This document shows, piece by piece, positions 1 to 15,558 of a DNA stretch of 64,000 bases. Each line of letters opens with the position of its first letter. Within the stretch, counting starts at the first letter, position 1. Under the pieces are notes generated by a model. The model was not told where the DNA came from. It did not search any database and worked only from the letters and a program-made list of their open reading frames with translations. Both the position numbers and the translations under genes were made by a program. The DNA comes from Octopus vulgaris. Its lineage: Eukaryota. The stretch lies in NCBI GenBank assembly GCA_951406725.2, contig OX597840.1, positions 9,300,001 through 9,364,000 of the forward strand, given 5' to 3'.

Positions 1-520
1 GTTTTAGGGTTAGGGTTGGTTAGGGTTAAGGGTGGGGGGAAGGGTATATTTTTTTCTTCACAAATGTAAATAAACCCAATCTGTTTCTTAGACGAGGGAC
101 ATAATCATACGGCACAGAATGTTTTTTTTTTTACCTCAATGGACGTCATTGATTGGTTGAAATTGCAGAAATTGCAGAAAAATAACCAGCAAATATCTTA
201 CAAACTATAGAATTATCTCAATAAAGCCAAGAGAAAAAGATGTTTTATAAACACATTCTACCAGTATACGAAGTTTAAACTTTTTTAGTTACCTAGAAAT
301 TATGTTAAAAATGTTTTTTTTACCTCAATAGACGTCAGTGATTGGTTGAAATTGCAGAAATTGAAGAAGAAAAAACAACAACAAATATCTTACAAACTAT
401 AGAATTTTCTCAATAAAGCCAAGAGAAAAAGATGTTTTATAAACACATTCTACCAGTATACGAAGTTTAACATTTTTTTAATTACCTAGAAATTATGTTA
501 AAAACTGCCGTTCAAACCGA
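1..520. mobile_element. Partial copy of the same MITE with ~190-bp internal duplication
   Basis: Colinear with 31440-31750, ends aaaactgccgttcaaaccg. Confidence 0.7.
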
Positions 521-657
521 AAAGATCCCATCATTATATGTTGTACATTTTGTGGCATCTTAAAACGAAGAGAAACTCATGTATAAATTACGATATTACG
601 ATAATTATTAAACCGAGTTCTTAAAGAAAAAGTTGAAAATATACAAAATATGATACT

Positions 658-880
658 CTTTACTCTTTTACTTGTTTCAGTCATTTGACTGCGGCCATGC
701 TGGAGCACCGCCTTTAATCGAGCAGCTCGACTCCGGGACTTATTCTTTTGTAAGCCCAGTACTTATTCTATCGGTCTCTTTTGCCGAACCGCTAAGTGAC
801 GGGAACATAAACACCCCAGCATCGGTTGTCAAGCAATGCTAGGGGGACAAACACACACATACACACACACACGCATACCT

Positions 881-944
<64 letters not shown>

Positions 945-945
945 G

Positions 946-989
<44 letters not shown>

Positions 990-1152
990 CGACGGGCTTC
1001 TTTCAGTTTCCGTCTACCAAATCCACTCACAAGGCATTGGTCGGCCCGAGGCTATAGTAGAAGACACTTGCCCAAGATGCCACGCAGTGGGATTGAACCC
1101 GGAACCATGTGGTTGGTAAACAAGCTACTTACCACACAGCCACTCCTGCGCC
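658..1152 (-). mobile_element. tRNA-derived SINE family A (central microsatellite, LINE-like tail)
   Basis: Head GGCGCAGGAGTGGCTGTGTGGTAAG..GGTTCAATCCC with A/B boxes. Other copies at 8023-8187, 8242-8650, 11330-11487, 19002-19200, 25732-26130, 33772-34180, 36052-36212, 48485-48880. Confidence 0.85.
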
Positions 1153-1314
1153 ATGATCTTTAACTTCGAACAAGTAAATTCGTTATAATACTCTTCGTAC
1201 CAAAATAAATAGAGAACATTTCTCACTTCATGCAAATTGCCGTAATAATGATATAAAAGAAAAAAAAACTGGACTTATGATAAAATCGCATAATGGTGCA
1301 TAATTATTGCAGCT

Positions 1315-1534
1315 TTTTTTCAACAAATTTTGTGCAACAAAAACAATAACAATATTTAACAAAAGCATCTTTAAATGACGGTCTGACCGTCTGCCAAGCA
1401 AATGGGAAGCAGAAATTGAAGTAGATGGTGAATATGCTCCGGAATAATCATTTAAAGATTTTTTTGTTACATGTTGCTATTGTCTTCGTTGAATAAAATT
1501 CTTTGAAAAAAAGCCGAAATAATTATGCACCAAC

Positions 1535-1573
<39 letters not shown>

Positions 1574-2015
1574 TCAACAAATTTTATTCAACAAAAATAA
1601 TAACAATATTAAAAAGAACATCTTTAAATGATAGTCTGATTGTCTGCCAAGCAAAGGGGAAGCAGAAATTGAAGTGGATGGTGAATATGCTCCGGAATAA
1701 TCATTTAAAGATGTTTTTGTTACATATTGTTATTGCTTTTGTTGAATAAAATTTGTTGAAAAAAGGCGAAATAATTATGCACCAACCGAATATATATATA
1801 TGTATATATTTTGAACAAATTTTATTCAACAAAAACAATATTTAACAGACACATCTTTAAATGATGGTCTGACCGTCTGCCAAGCAAAGGGGAAGCAGTA
1901 ATTGAAGTGGATGGTGAATATGCTCCGGAATAATCAAAGATTTTTTTGTTACATGTTGCTATTGTCTTCGTTGAATAAAATTTGTTGAAAAAAAAGCCGC
2001 AATAATTATGCACCA
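1315..2015. repeat. Three tandem ~240-bp units, each with imperfect terminal inverted repeats
   Basis: ttcaacaaatttt..caacaaaaacaataacaat ... attg(t/c)tattg..gttgaataaaatttgttgaa repeated 3x, separated by (TA)n. Confidence 0.75.
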
Positions 2016-3337
2016 ATCCAGTATATAACAGCGAAAGTACGAAACCGAAATAATTATAAGCAAAGAGAATTCGCATTATGATACACATATTAATGGAAAA
2101 GTTGTGCGAATTAAATAAATCATCACTAAATTATTTTTGATTGATTACTTGTAAATTTTAAAAAAATATCATTCATGAGATGATATTAGTATTTGTACAC
2201 AACTGTTTTGTTAAAATTGAGAATAAAAAAATTTCACTTAATTAATTTTTAATATAACTTAATTCCGAGGAACTGGTGATTCCAATATTCTTGTGCAACA
2301 ATGCTAGACCCATACTATTTAGGGTTTTTTTGAGCATGCGCATTTTTCAATCCTAGTTTCGTACTTTTTAAGGCAACGTTTTCAATATTTTATATATGTA
2401 CCGTATTTTTCCTAATGGTGTGGTAGCTAATAGGAGAACGTCTGTGTGCGTTCTGAGTTCAAATTCCGCCGAGGTCGACTTTGCCTTTCGGGGTCGATTA
2501 AATAAGTACCAGTTACGCATTGGGGTCGATGTAATCGACTTAATCCGTTTGTCTGTCCTTGTTTGTCCTCTCTGTGTTTAGCCCCTTGTGGGTAGTAAAG
2601 AAATAGGTATTTCGTCTGCCGTTACGTTCTGAGTTCAAATCCCGCCAAGGTCGACTTTGCCTTTCATCCTTTCGGGGTCGATTAAATAAGTACCAGTTAC
2701 GCACTGGGGTCGATATAACTGACTTAATCCGTTTGTCTGTCCTTGTTTGTCCTCTCTGTGTTTAGCCCCTTGTGCCTAGTAAAGAAATAGGTATTTCGTC
2801 TGTTTTTACGTTGCTCTTATTGTACTTTCGCTACAGCTGCGAAACCGAGACTGTTAGGTTTAATAACTTATCCTGCCGACGTACCTCGGACGGCGAGTAT
2901 CAAAAATAAAGATCGGAGAGGTACCCCCTGAGACTGACGTCCTTTGGGTGGTGGCGGCCGTCGTGCTTAATAACGAGGAAAACATCGATATACTACAGAT
3001 AAATAAACTACACCAACAAAACTGGTGTGGACAGGGTCTGGAACTTTTAATCCAGGGAAATTAGAAGACCCTTAAAAGCATTCCAGGTATAATCCACTTG
3101 CCTGAAGGAGCAAAATTTCAAAAACCACCGTCGAAAACAATAGTGAACCTCACTGCAATCAACACAAACAACGAAGCCCCAATGAAATACGTACATGAAA
3201 ATACCAACATCACACCGAAAGATTTTCCGTACCCTCCACCTAACATTCCACCTCAGGTGCAAGTACTCAGTGTCTCTATCACAACTTTCATTGACTTAAA
3301 AGGAAACCACCGTAATGCGGTGGGTAAGCTCCAAATA

Positions 3338-3915
3338 TTGGGTTGTCCGGAAAGTTCGTGCCGATTTATAGTAGCTTAAATTTCGACTTCTTTTAGAACA
3401 TGGTTGAGTCCATAAAATAGGATTTGACTACACCTCCATATAGATAGAGTATAGTTTAAGCTACCTTTTCGTGGAAGAAGGTTTATGTTCCTATAACCTG
3501 TGTTAATTCTGTAACCCTTTAAAATGGAAGATAAGAAAGTTCATTTTCGGCACTTGATGCTTTTATTTTACCGTAAAGGGAAAAATGCCTCACAAGCAAC
3601 CAAAGAAATATGCGCAGTTTACGGTGATGTTTCTTTATCCGAAAGAACTGTACGGAAGTGGTTCGCAAGGTTCCGATCTGGAGATTGTAGCCTTATTGAT
3701 AAAGAGTGATCAGGCAGACCATCAAGTACAGATGATGACCAAATCAAGTCATTAATTGAGAATAACACACATTGCACAACCCGAGAATTAGCAGAAAGCC
3801 TCAACCTATCAAAATCCGTCGTTCATGAGCACCTGGTAAAGCTTGGGTAATGGCAAGTATTTATTGACCTTTTTCTTTCCTTTAAAAATCGGCACGAACT
3901 TTCCGGACAACCCAA
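3338..3915 (+). mobile_element. Mariner internal-deletion derivative retaining the N-terminal HTH
   Basis: TIRs TTGGGTTGTCCGGAAAGTTCGTGCCGATTT at both ends, TA TSDs, MEDKKVHFRHLML..ICAVYG..WFARFRSG with a stop. Confidence 0.92.
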
Positions 3916-3999
3916 TAACAATGACGAAAGGTCTATACAAAAACTTGGTCATGGAAACTGTAACTTAGTGGTTTGGTAAAAGTAACTGATAGAATAAAT

Positions 4000-4785
4000 A
4001 CCTATTTCTTTACTACCCACAAGGGGCTAAACACAGAGAGGACAAACAAGGACAGACATAGGTATTAAGTCGATTACATCGACCCCAGTGTGTAACTGGT
4101 ACTTATTTAATCGACCCCGAAAGGATGAAAGGCAAAGTCGACCTCGGCGGAATTTGAACTCAGAACGTAACGGCAGACGAAATACCCATTTCTTTACTAC
4201 CCACAAGGGGCTAAACACAGAGGGGACAAACAAGGACAGACAAACGGATTAAGTCGATTATATCGACCCCAGTGCGTAACTGGTACTTATTTAATCAACC
4301 CCGAAAGGATGAAAGGCAAAGTCGACCTCGGCGGAATTTGAACTCAGAACGTAACGGCTGACGAAATACCTATTTCTTTATTACCCACAAGGGGCTAAAC
4401 ACAGAGGGGACAAACAAGGACAGACAAACGGATTAAGTCGATTATATGGACCCCAGTGCGTAACTGGTACTTATTTAATCAACCCCGAAAGGATGAAAGG
4501 CAAAGTCGACCTCGGCGGAATTTGAACTCAGAACGTAACGGCTGACGAAATACCTATTTCTTTACTACCCACAAGGGGCTAAACACAGAGGGGACAAACA
4601 AGGACAGACGTAGATATTAAGTCGATTACATCGACCCCAGTGCGTAACTGGTACTTAATTTATCGACCCCGAAAGGATGAAAGGCAAAGTCGACCTCGGC
4701 GGAATTTGAACTCACAACGTAACGGCAGACGAAATACCGCTAAGCATTTCGCCCGGCGTGCTAACGATTCTGCCAGCTCGCCGCC
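4000..4785 (-). mobile_element. SINE family B with ~181-bp internal unit tandemly repeated ~4x
   Basis: Head GGCGGCGAGCTGGCAGAATCGTTAGC..GAGTTCAAATTCC and central GCCTTTCATCCTTTCGGGGTCGAT..AAGTACC. Other copies or arrays at 2440-2812, 5695-5916, 6035-6232, 12098-12730, 23948-24157, 49975-50404, 51364-51460. Confidence 0.85.
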
Positions 4786-5964
4786 CTGATAGAATAAATA
4801 CCACATCGAAAGGAAAGCATTGGGGTCGATTAGTTCAACTAGACTTGTTCATCGCGGTGCCCCAGCATGGCCACTGCCTTCTGATTAAAACATGTAAAAG
4901 CCACATTACGCATACAAACTTCCACTCCCAGTATTATACAAACATCTGTCAAATAGTGTAGAACTGAATTTACAAAACTTCACAGAATTTGTTTGTGACA
5001 TCTATGTGAATTTGCATAAATGTGTATGTATATGTGTCATTGTACGTATATGTGTATGTGTATGTGTGTATGTGTGTGTGTGTGTGTGTGTGTAGAGGCG
5101 AAGTGTAGGGTGATTGAGAGGTTATATGATCAGTAGCTAATGTTATATATAAGATGGCAAACCATTTATCAGTTTGACTGTCATTCTTTTTTACAGGAAA
5201 CAAACTCCGGAAATTATACTCTCGAGTCAATGACGGCTCCGCTTTAACCCCCAAAGCAGTTATACAGTTCGTATTATTATGACGCACGGGATATCTTGGC
5301 CAGTTCGAATTTCAGCAGTGCCAATCCTATTCTGTGTTCCCATGTTTCGTTTAACTGGTTTAACGTTAATTTTCCATGCTAGCATGAGTTGAACGGTTTG
5401 ACAGGAGCTGGCAAGACCCCCAATTGTCTCTTGTAATATGGTTTCTATAAATGGATGGATTTCCTAACGCCAACCACTTTACAGAGTATGCTGGGTGCTT
5501 TTTACGTGCCACCGTCACGGGTGCGATTACACAGCACTTATACGAATGCATTTTATGCGGCACTGTCCCCTGTAGAGGACGAGGCTGTATGTATGGGTTG
5601 GTATTAGTTTTACTTGGCTTGACACATCTCAAGTACCGTAAATTGCTACAACTTCCGATCCTTTGTCATATGTACATATATATATATTAATTTACTGCCC
5701 ACAAGGGGCTAAACATAGAGGGGACAAACAAAGACAGACGAAGGGATTGAGTCGATTATATCGCCTCCAGTGCGAAACCGGTACTTTATTTATCGACCCC
5801 GAAAGGATGAAAGGCAAAGTTGACCTCGGCGGAATTTGAACTCAGAACGTAACGACAGACGAAATACCGCTAAGCATTTTGCCCGGCGCGCTAACATGTC
5901 TGCCAGCTCGCCGCCTTATATATATCTACATATGTGTATGTATGTATGTATGTATGTATGTATG

Positions 5965-5998
<34 letters not shown>

Positions 5999-6650
5999 TG
6001 TATGTATGTATGTATGTATGTATTTATGTATGTATGCGAAATGCTTAGCGGTATTTCCTCTACCGCTACGTTCTGAGTTCAAATTCCGCCGAGGTCGATT
6101 TTGACTTTCATCCTTTCGGGGTCGATAAATAAAGTACCAGTTTCGCACTGGGGTCGATGTAATCGACTTAATCCCTTTGTCTGTCCTTGTTTGCCCCCTC
6201 TATGTTTAGCCCCTTGTGGGCAATAAAGAAATATATATATATATATATATATACAACTTATAAATAAGAGCTAAAGAAAATTATTTCAATGCCAATATGC
6301 TGATAACAGACTTTTAAATCGTCAATTTCCACATATTAATTACTCGCTACAGAAAAAACACGAAAAACTGAAATCGGGGAAAGCCGGCCGATAAAATCTT
6401 TTTAAAAAATTCGTTAATTCTATATTGAATCAATTTCGAAATTTTTTTCTGTAGCGTGTAATTAATATGTGGAAATTGATGATTTAAAAGTCTGTCATCA
6501 GCATATTAGCATTGAAATAATTTTCTTAAGTTGCTTATAATTTTCTTAAGTTGCTTATAATTTTAACCGTAAAGGTATTTTAATATGCTGCCACATTTTT
6601 TAATGGAATTTTTTTTGTAAAAAAACTTCATCCTATATTAGTAGTATATA

Positions 6651-7038
6651 TCTTTATATATAAAAGAAAGGTTGTGTGTCTGTCTACTCCGATTTAGATT
6701 CCTAACTACTCCCACATTTTGCGATGCAGTTTAACCAAAACCGGGTATCTTATAGTCGTGATTCATATCGAGCCCTTCTGGGTATTAGCGCGCGTCTACG
6801 ATGAGTCTACGATTTAAAAATAATTTACCATCATTTTTTCCATTTTAATGCATATTTTTTTTAATAAAGGGAAGTAACTCTCTAAAAATGTCTACGATGA
6901 GTCAACGATTTAAAAAAATTTACCATAATTTTTTTTCCATTTTTAGTGCATTTTTTGCTATTTTTTGGCTATAACTCTCTAAAAATGCTTTATAGTTATT
7001 TCCCTTACAAACCCGAGCAACGCCGGGCGATACTGCTA

Positions 7039-7040
<2 letters not shown>
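6651..7040 (+). mobile_element. Non-autonomous Helitron-like element
   Basis: 5' TC start, 3' cccgagcaacgccggg hairpin + CTAG. Related copies at 8951-9253 (-) and 50903-51285 (+). Confidence 0.75.
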
Positions 7041-7077
<37 letters not shown>

Positions 7078-7462
7078 ACGTGACCGACCAGTCCATCAGA
7101 TGTAGTTACACATCGCAGGACACAATGCGTTCGCATTGTTTTAGCCTTCAAATGACTCCACCCCGCTGGCTAAGTGAGCAGGCCAACAGAAGAAAGACTG
7201 GGAGAAAGAGTGGTGAAAGAGTACAGCAGGGATCGCCACCATCCCCTGCCGGGGCCTCGTGGAGCTTTTAGGTGTTTTCGCTCAATAAACACTCACAACG
7301 CCCGGTCTGGGAATCGAAACCGCGATCCTACGACCGCGAGTCCGCTGCCCTAACCACTGGGCCATTGCGCCTCCACACACACACACACACGCACACACAG
7401 ACACACAGACATACGCATCTGTACTGTGAGAGTGCATGACCGGCTTTTTTAGGGCGTTGCAG

Positions 7463-7790
7463 AGGGCGCGTGGCTTAGTGGTTAGGGCATTCGGCTCATG
7501 ATCGTAAGGTTTTGAGTTCGATTCCCGGCGACGCGTTGTGTCCTTGAGCAAGACACTTTATTTCACGTTGCTCCAGTCCACTCAGCTGGCAAAAATGAGT
7601 TGTACTTGTATTTCAAAGGGTCAGCCTTGTCACTCTCTGTGTCACGCTGATTATCCCCGAGAACTACCATAAGGGTACACGTGTCTGTGGAATGCTCAGC
7701 CATTTGCACGTTAATTTCACGAGCAAGCTGTTCCGTTGATCGTATCAGCTGGGACCCTCGTCGTCGTAACCGACGGAGTCTTTAAAAAAA
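7463..7790 (+). mobile_element. tRNA-derived SINE family D
   Basis: GGCGCGTGGCTTAGTGGTTAGG..GAGTTCGATTCCC head followed by CCTTGAGCAAGACACTT. Related copy at 54780-55050. Confidence 0.7.
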
Positions 7791-8202
7791 AGGGCGTTGC
7801 ATACAAAATCGTGTTTCAATTCCTGGAGCAAGGGGTGTGCTATGTTCTTAAGCAAAACACTTAATCTCACATTGCTCTGAGATCGAATTAACACTTGACA
7901 TGTGGTGTACCATGCACCTGTTCAGACAACAGCGATTCAAAGGAGGAAGTGAGCTTATATACAGAACAAACGTTTGATCATTATAAACGAATCATTTGTG
8001 CAAATCATTCACTAAACAGTATAGGTGCAGGAGTGGCTGTGTGGTAAGTAGCTTGCTTACCAACCACATGCTTCCGGGTTCAGTCCCACTGCGTGGCACC
8101 TTGGGCAAGTGTTTTCTACTATAGCCTCGGGCCGACCAAAGCCTTGTGAGTGGATTTGGTAGACGGAAACTGAAAGAAGCCCGTCGTATATATGTATATA
8201 TT

Positions 8203-8244
<42 letters not shown>

Positions 8245-8899
8245 TGCAGGAGTGGCTGTGTGGTAAGTAGCTTGCTTACCAACAACATGGTTCCGGGTTC
8301 AGTCCCACTGCGTGGCACCTTGGGCAAGTGTTTTCTACTATAGCCTCGGGCCGACCAAAGCCTTGTGAGTGGATTTGGTAGACGGAAACTGAAGGAAGCC
8401 CGTCGTATATATGTATATATATATATATGCGTGTGTGTGTTTGTATGTCTCTGTTTGTCCCACTAGCATTGCTTGACAACCGATGCTGGTGTGTTTACGT
8501 CCCCGTCACTTAGCGGTTCGGCAATAGAGTCCGATGGAATAAGTACTAGGCTTACAAAGAATAAGTCCCAGGGTCGATTTGCTCGACTAAAGGCGGTGTT
8601 CAAGCATGGCCGCAGTCAAATGACTGAACCAAGTAAAAGAGTAAAGGGAGATATAAAATATATAATATATATATATATATATGTAAATTAATATGTGACA
8701 ATTATACAATAGCCAAGATAAAACTCTGAGTTTCGGATGCCGAATTGGAAATCCACAACACCATCTCTTCGGTTATCCGAAACTCAGAGTTTTATCTTCT
8801 TGGCTATTGTATAATTGTCACATATTAATTTACAGATAAATTTCCTCTATTTACATAATATTGAGGTCTCTTTCTTTCTTTTGTTATCTTACCGTTTTT

Positions 8900-8950
<51 letters not shown>

Positions 8951-8951
<1 letters not shown>

Positions 8952-9249
8952 TAGCAGTATCGCCCGGCGTTGCTTGGATTTGTAAGGGAAATAACTATAT
9001 AATCATTTTAGAGAGTTACTTCCCTTATATAAACCGAGCAAAAATCTTTAAAAATGCGGAAAAATTATGGTCAATTTTTTTTTAAATCGTAGACTCATCG
9101 CAGACGCGCACTAATACCCAGAAGGACTCGATAGGAATCACGACTATAAGAGACCCGCTTTTAGTTAAACTGCACCGCAAGATGTGGGAGTAGTTAGGAA
9201 TCTAAATCAGAGTAGACAGACACACACACAACTTTAGTTTTATATAAAC

Positions 9250-9253
<4 letters not shown>
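8951..9253 (-). mobile_element. Non-autonomous Helitron-like element
   Basis: Reverse-complement homologue of 6651-7040. Confidence 0.72.
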
Positions 9254-9304
<51 letters not shown>

Positions 9305-9470
9305 TTGTTATCGCCATATTAATATGGCATTCTTATAGATATAAGAATAATCGCTGCCGCTGGTCAGCTCCATGAGGCCACCGCCATCAAGATAGCTATT
9401 GATACACGATCTGTATCCATTATAACCTTCGAACAAGGGAGGTCAGCCGCTTCACACTGCCAGTCCGACA

Positions 9471-9512
9471 GCTACAGACGCGTTTCGGGGTATTGCCCCT
9501 TGTCAATGTAGC
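9471..9512 (-). ncRNA. Hammerhead motif, U3-A8 core variant
   Basis: GCTACA-TTGACAA-GGGG caata CCCC-GAAA-CGCG-TC-TGTAGC. Confidence 0.75.
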
Positions 9513-10333
9513 GCAGTCAGACCCGCAGGTGTCGCCACTGACGTCTCTGCTCGAAGGTTTCTATTTACCTAGTTTCAGTGGAATACATCCACTTGTTTTC
9601 AATAATAGAAATATTAAAATTACTAAGTCTCTATAAAAGAGATTGCAGCAGCGTTTACTGGAAAATAATTGTTATCGCCATATTAATATGGCATTCTTAT
9701 AAATATAAGAATAATCGCTGCCGCCGGTCAGCTCCATGAGGCCACTGCCATCAAGATAGCTATTGATACACGATCTGTATCCATTATAACCTTCGAACAA
9801 GGGAGGTCAGCCGCTTCACACTGTCAGTCCGACAGCTACAGACGCGTTATAATGGATACAGATCGTGTATCAATAGCTATCTTGATGGCGGTGGCCTCAT
9901 GGAGCTGACCAGCGGCAGCGATTATTCTTATATCTATAAGAATGCCATATTAATATGGCGATAACAATTAATTTCCAGTAAACGCTGCCGCAATCTCTTT
10001 TATAGAGACTTAGTAATTTTAATATTTCTATTATATATATATACATACACAAACATACACACATATATAATATTTATAAAAGAGGGGATGACCGAAATCC
10101 TTCAAAGGGATTCTAAACATCCAAGTCTTTGTATATTTTGTTGGTCGTAATTATTCCTACTAGGATGTAATTCCTGACGAAGAATTTAATTTTTATTTCA
10201 AGAATAGCTATTCGCTTTTGACTTTGGAATTAATATTAGACTCCGGAACGATTTGTAGGATGTGGAATGGTTCTGTACCAACCCGGATTATGAATTAAAG
10301 ATCGTCTACACCTACAATTTTTCCTTCCCTTAT

Positions 10334-10413
<80 letters not shown>

Positions 10414-10541
10414 TATATATGTATATATATATATGTATGTATATATATATATATATGCATATATATATATACATATATATGTATATATATATATATATAC
10501 ATGCATATGTATATATATATATATACATATATATGCATATA

Positions 10542-10581
<40 letters not shown>

Positions 10582-10602
10582 CATATGTGTATGTGTGTAT
10601 GC

Positions 10603-10649
<47 letters not shown>

Positions 10650-11072
10650 CTCGCTTGTATGTGTGCACGCACGCAGCTCTATATGCATGCACTATCTCTA
10701 TGACCCGGCGTTGCCGGATCACAGTGCTAGTAGATTAATAATCCTCTAACATTCTTCTACCGCTGCCTGCAATGTTAAATTTTGCTCCCGTTCTAATTTT
10801 GTTAATATCCGGGAATCTACATCTCCATCTTTGTCTGCAATAAGCTCTTGAAGAAATTATTAAACTCGTGAATATGTCCGGGAGGAACTCATTCAGTTTG
10901 AATTTCTCACACTCTCTGTTAACCACTCCGGCATAGGTGACGAAATCTTCGTCATATTTTCTGACGAAATTTAAACCTCGTAAGCCACTTTTAAAACTTA
11001 GTATTTGACTTCACTTATAGACATCGTATACATACATATACATATGTGTGCGTGTGTATGCATGTATATATA

Positions 11073-11172
<100 letters not shown>

Positions 11173-11273
11173 TATTTTATAGAAGGAGCTTCTACAGGAC
11201 TAGAACTGTTTCATACTCTGCTATGTATTGAGTACCTTATTTACTGTGGTTAACCCCGACTCAACCCGGGACC

Positions 11274-11330
<57 letters not shown>

Positions 11331-12802
11331 CTTTTTACTTTTACTTTTACTTGTTTCAGTCATTTGACTGCGGCCATGCTGGAGCACCGCCTTTAGTCGA
11401 GCAAATCGACCCCGGAACTTATTCTTTGTAAGCCCAGTACTTATTCTATCGGTCTCTTTTTGCCGAACCGCTAAGTGACGGGGGACATGTAAAAGAATAT
11501 ATATATATGTAAAAGAATTAAATAAAATTCCTTTTGTCTTGTACTCTGTTTTTTCGTTGTAAAAAAAGTCCGTTTCCATGTTTGTTTTTATGTTTTCGTT
11601 TCTCGTTGAGTTCTACGTCTATTTGTGGTGTCCTGTACACACGTATATATATTTATATATGCATGTATATATACATGTAGATGTATGTACGTACATATAT
11701 GTTTGTATGTATGCATATATTTTACTTATGCATGTATTTTATTTATTAAATTATTGTATGACTGAGCGCCCTCGCGTCGTTTCGTTTCTTTTCTTTTCTC
11801 CAAGTAAATTTTTATATATAATTATGACGCGAAACTCTGTAACCTTTGTTTGTCCTTCCCTTCCTCCCTGTCTGTCTTCCTTTTTTGCCTGTCTCTCTCC
11901 TTCTTATTTTTCACCCTTTCTGGTTTCCTTTCCTCTCTATCTGTCTCTCTCTCTCACTCCTTTTCATCTCTCTCACTGCCGAGTCGACGAACTTCCTTTC
12001 GCTGGCGGCCTTCTACAAGTCAACATAAGACAACTGTCCTCGTTTCTCTCTCACTGTCAAATGCATTGAAGTTATTCAATATTTTTCTCCTCCAATAGGC
12101 AGCGAGCTGGCGGGAAGGCGGAAAGGCGGCGAGCTGGCAGAATCGTTAGCTCACCGGGCGAAATGCTTAGCGGTATTTCGTCTGCCGCTACGTTCTGAGT
12201 TCAAATTCCGCCGAGGTCGACTTTGCCTTTCATCCTTTCGGGGTCGATAAATTAAGTACCAGTTACGCACTGGGGTCGATGTAATCGACTTAATCCGTTT
12301 GTCTGTCCTTGTTTGTCTGTCCTTGTTTGTCCTCTCTGTGTTTAGCCCCTTGTGGGTAGTAAAGAAATAGGTATTTCGTCTGCTGCTACGTTCTGAGTTC
12401 AAATTCCGCCAAGGTTGACTTTGCCTTTCATCCTTTCGGGGTCGATTAAATAAGTACCAGTTACGCACTGGGGTCGATATAATCGACTTAATCCGTTTGT
12501 TTGTCCTTGTTTGTCCTCTCTGTGTTTAGCCCCTTGTGGGTAGTAAAGAAATAGGCATTTCGTCTGTCTTTACGTTCTGAGTTCAAAATTCGCTGAGGTC
12601 GACTTTGCCTTTCATCTTTTCGGGGGTCGATTAAATAAGTACCAGTTACAAAGGGATTAAGTCTAATCAACTGAATCCCTTTGTCTGCCCTTGTTTGTCC
12701 CTTCTATGCTTAGCTCTCTGTGGGCAATAAATTAAATTCTGGTTATAATTTAAAACATCGGAGAGCCTGAGAAGGCCATCGCTTGCACGCAGGAGTATTA
12801 TT

Positions 12803-12885
12803 TTCCCCCTGATGAAGGAGTAATTATCGTGATACACCATCGTGCATTAAAAACGCTGATAAACCTCTGAAATGGCCATAGGGAA
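12803..12885 (+). ncRNA. Hammerhead motif with extended stem II (duplicate at 59137-59218)
   Basis: TTCCCC-CTGATGA-AGGAG...CCTCT-GAAA-TGGCCA-TA-GGGAA. Confidence 0.65.
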
Positions 12886-13397
12886 TCTAAATATGGTGTC
12901 TTCTATTTTTGTGCTTGGACACTGGCTTTTAACAATAGGTTTTCCCTTATCTTGAAAAGTAATTTTTAATCGAAAACATTTCTAAACGATGAACTTTTAT
13001 CTTACCTTATATATTATTTATTTATATGTTTCCTATATATATGTATTTTTATATCTTTTTATATATTTATATATTTATATATTTCTTTATATTTTTATAT
13101 ATTTATTATTCTAGATGTTATAATGTTAAAATATATAATTTTGTTTTTAGTCGCTAAAGTATTAATCATTAATTTTTAACCGCGATGGACTGTATTCATA
13201 CATTTTTCTTATATTTTTCTTATATGCTTGTATTGATGGGTTGTGTTTCATCTTCCGTGATTTTATGCATGTATATTATATGTGAAAGAAAAAGCATTAT
13301 GTGATTAAATGTTCGAGATATGAAATGTTACGTCGATGACCTTCTATTTGTTTGTTCTGCAACCATAGTTTAATATATATATATACATAATAATAAT

Positions 13398-15135
<1,738 letters not shown>

Positions 15136-15331
15136 AAAATATATATAAAGGGGTTTGTATGATTGTGTGTAGAGGGATATATATTATTCAAAGAAATTCC
15201 AACTCTGTTTTTTATGTTTTATTTATATTCTTCATAATATTAATGTAGAATATAGAATATATAGTATAAATAATATATATATAGTAAAACGAAATGAAGT
15301 ATTAATTCTTTTATTGAATATAAAATATTAA

Positions 15332-15375
15332 GGGACTAGTATACTTTCTTGCATTAAAGCAGTCTTCAAGGTCCC
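15332..15375 (-). ncRNA. Hammerhead motif (duplicate at 61156-61193)
   Basis: GGGAC-C(T)TGAAGA-CTGC tttaat GCAA-GAAA-GTATAC-TA-GTCCC. The 61 kb copy has canonical CTGAAGA but lost stem I 5' strand. Confidence 0.65.
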
Positions 15376-15422
15376 AGGTTGTGACAGGAGTGCTTCAACT
15401 GTGAAACATATATATGTATATA

Positions 15423-15463
<41 letters not shown>

Positions 15464-15558
15464 GTCCGTTTTTATAACAGTAAGATGTAATTTGAGGTAG
15501 ATTTATTTGCTATTTCTAGCAGGACAGCACATAAATGCTTTTGTTTTTATTTTTGCAG

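Noticed and set aside
1-40. TTAGGG repeats at the window start as a telomere
   Set aside because: Only 2-3 imperfect units, and the same tract is internal to the MITE copy at 31441.
4000-4785. CRISPR-like regular repeats (also 20451-20833)
   Set aside because: Whole 150-181-bp units repeat with no unique spacers, no cas genes, and the context is eukaryotic.
10171-10260. Further hammerhead (CTGACGA...GGAA CGATTTG TA GGA); also traces at 11195-11240
   Set aside because: GAAA or the CUGANGA core is mutated or missing. Probably decayed, so not counted.
10236-10749. Long IYIY/YIYI, LSIY and CVCV ORFs here and throughout the ORF track
   Set aside because: Translations of (TA)n, (CTAT)n and (CA)n microsatellites lacking stops, not genes.
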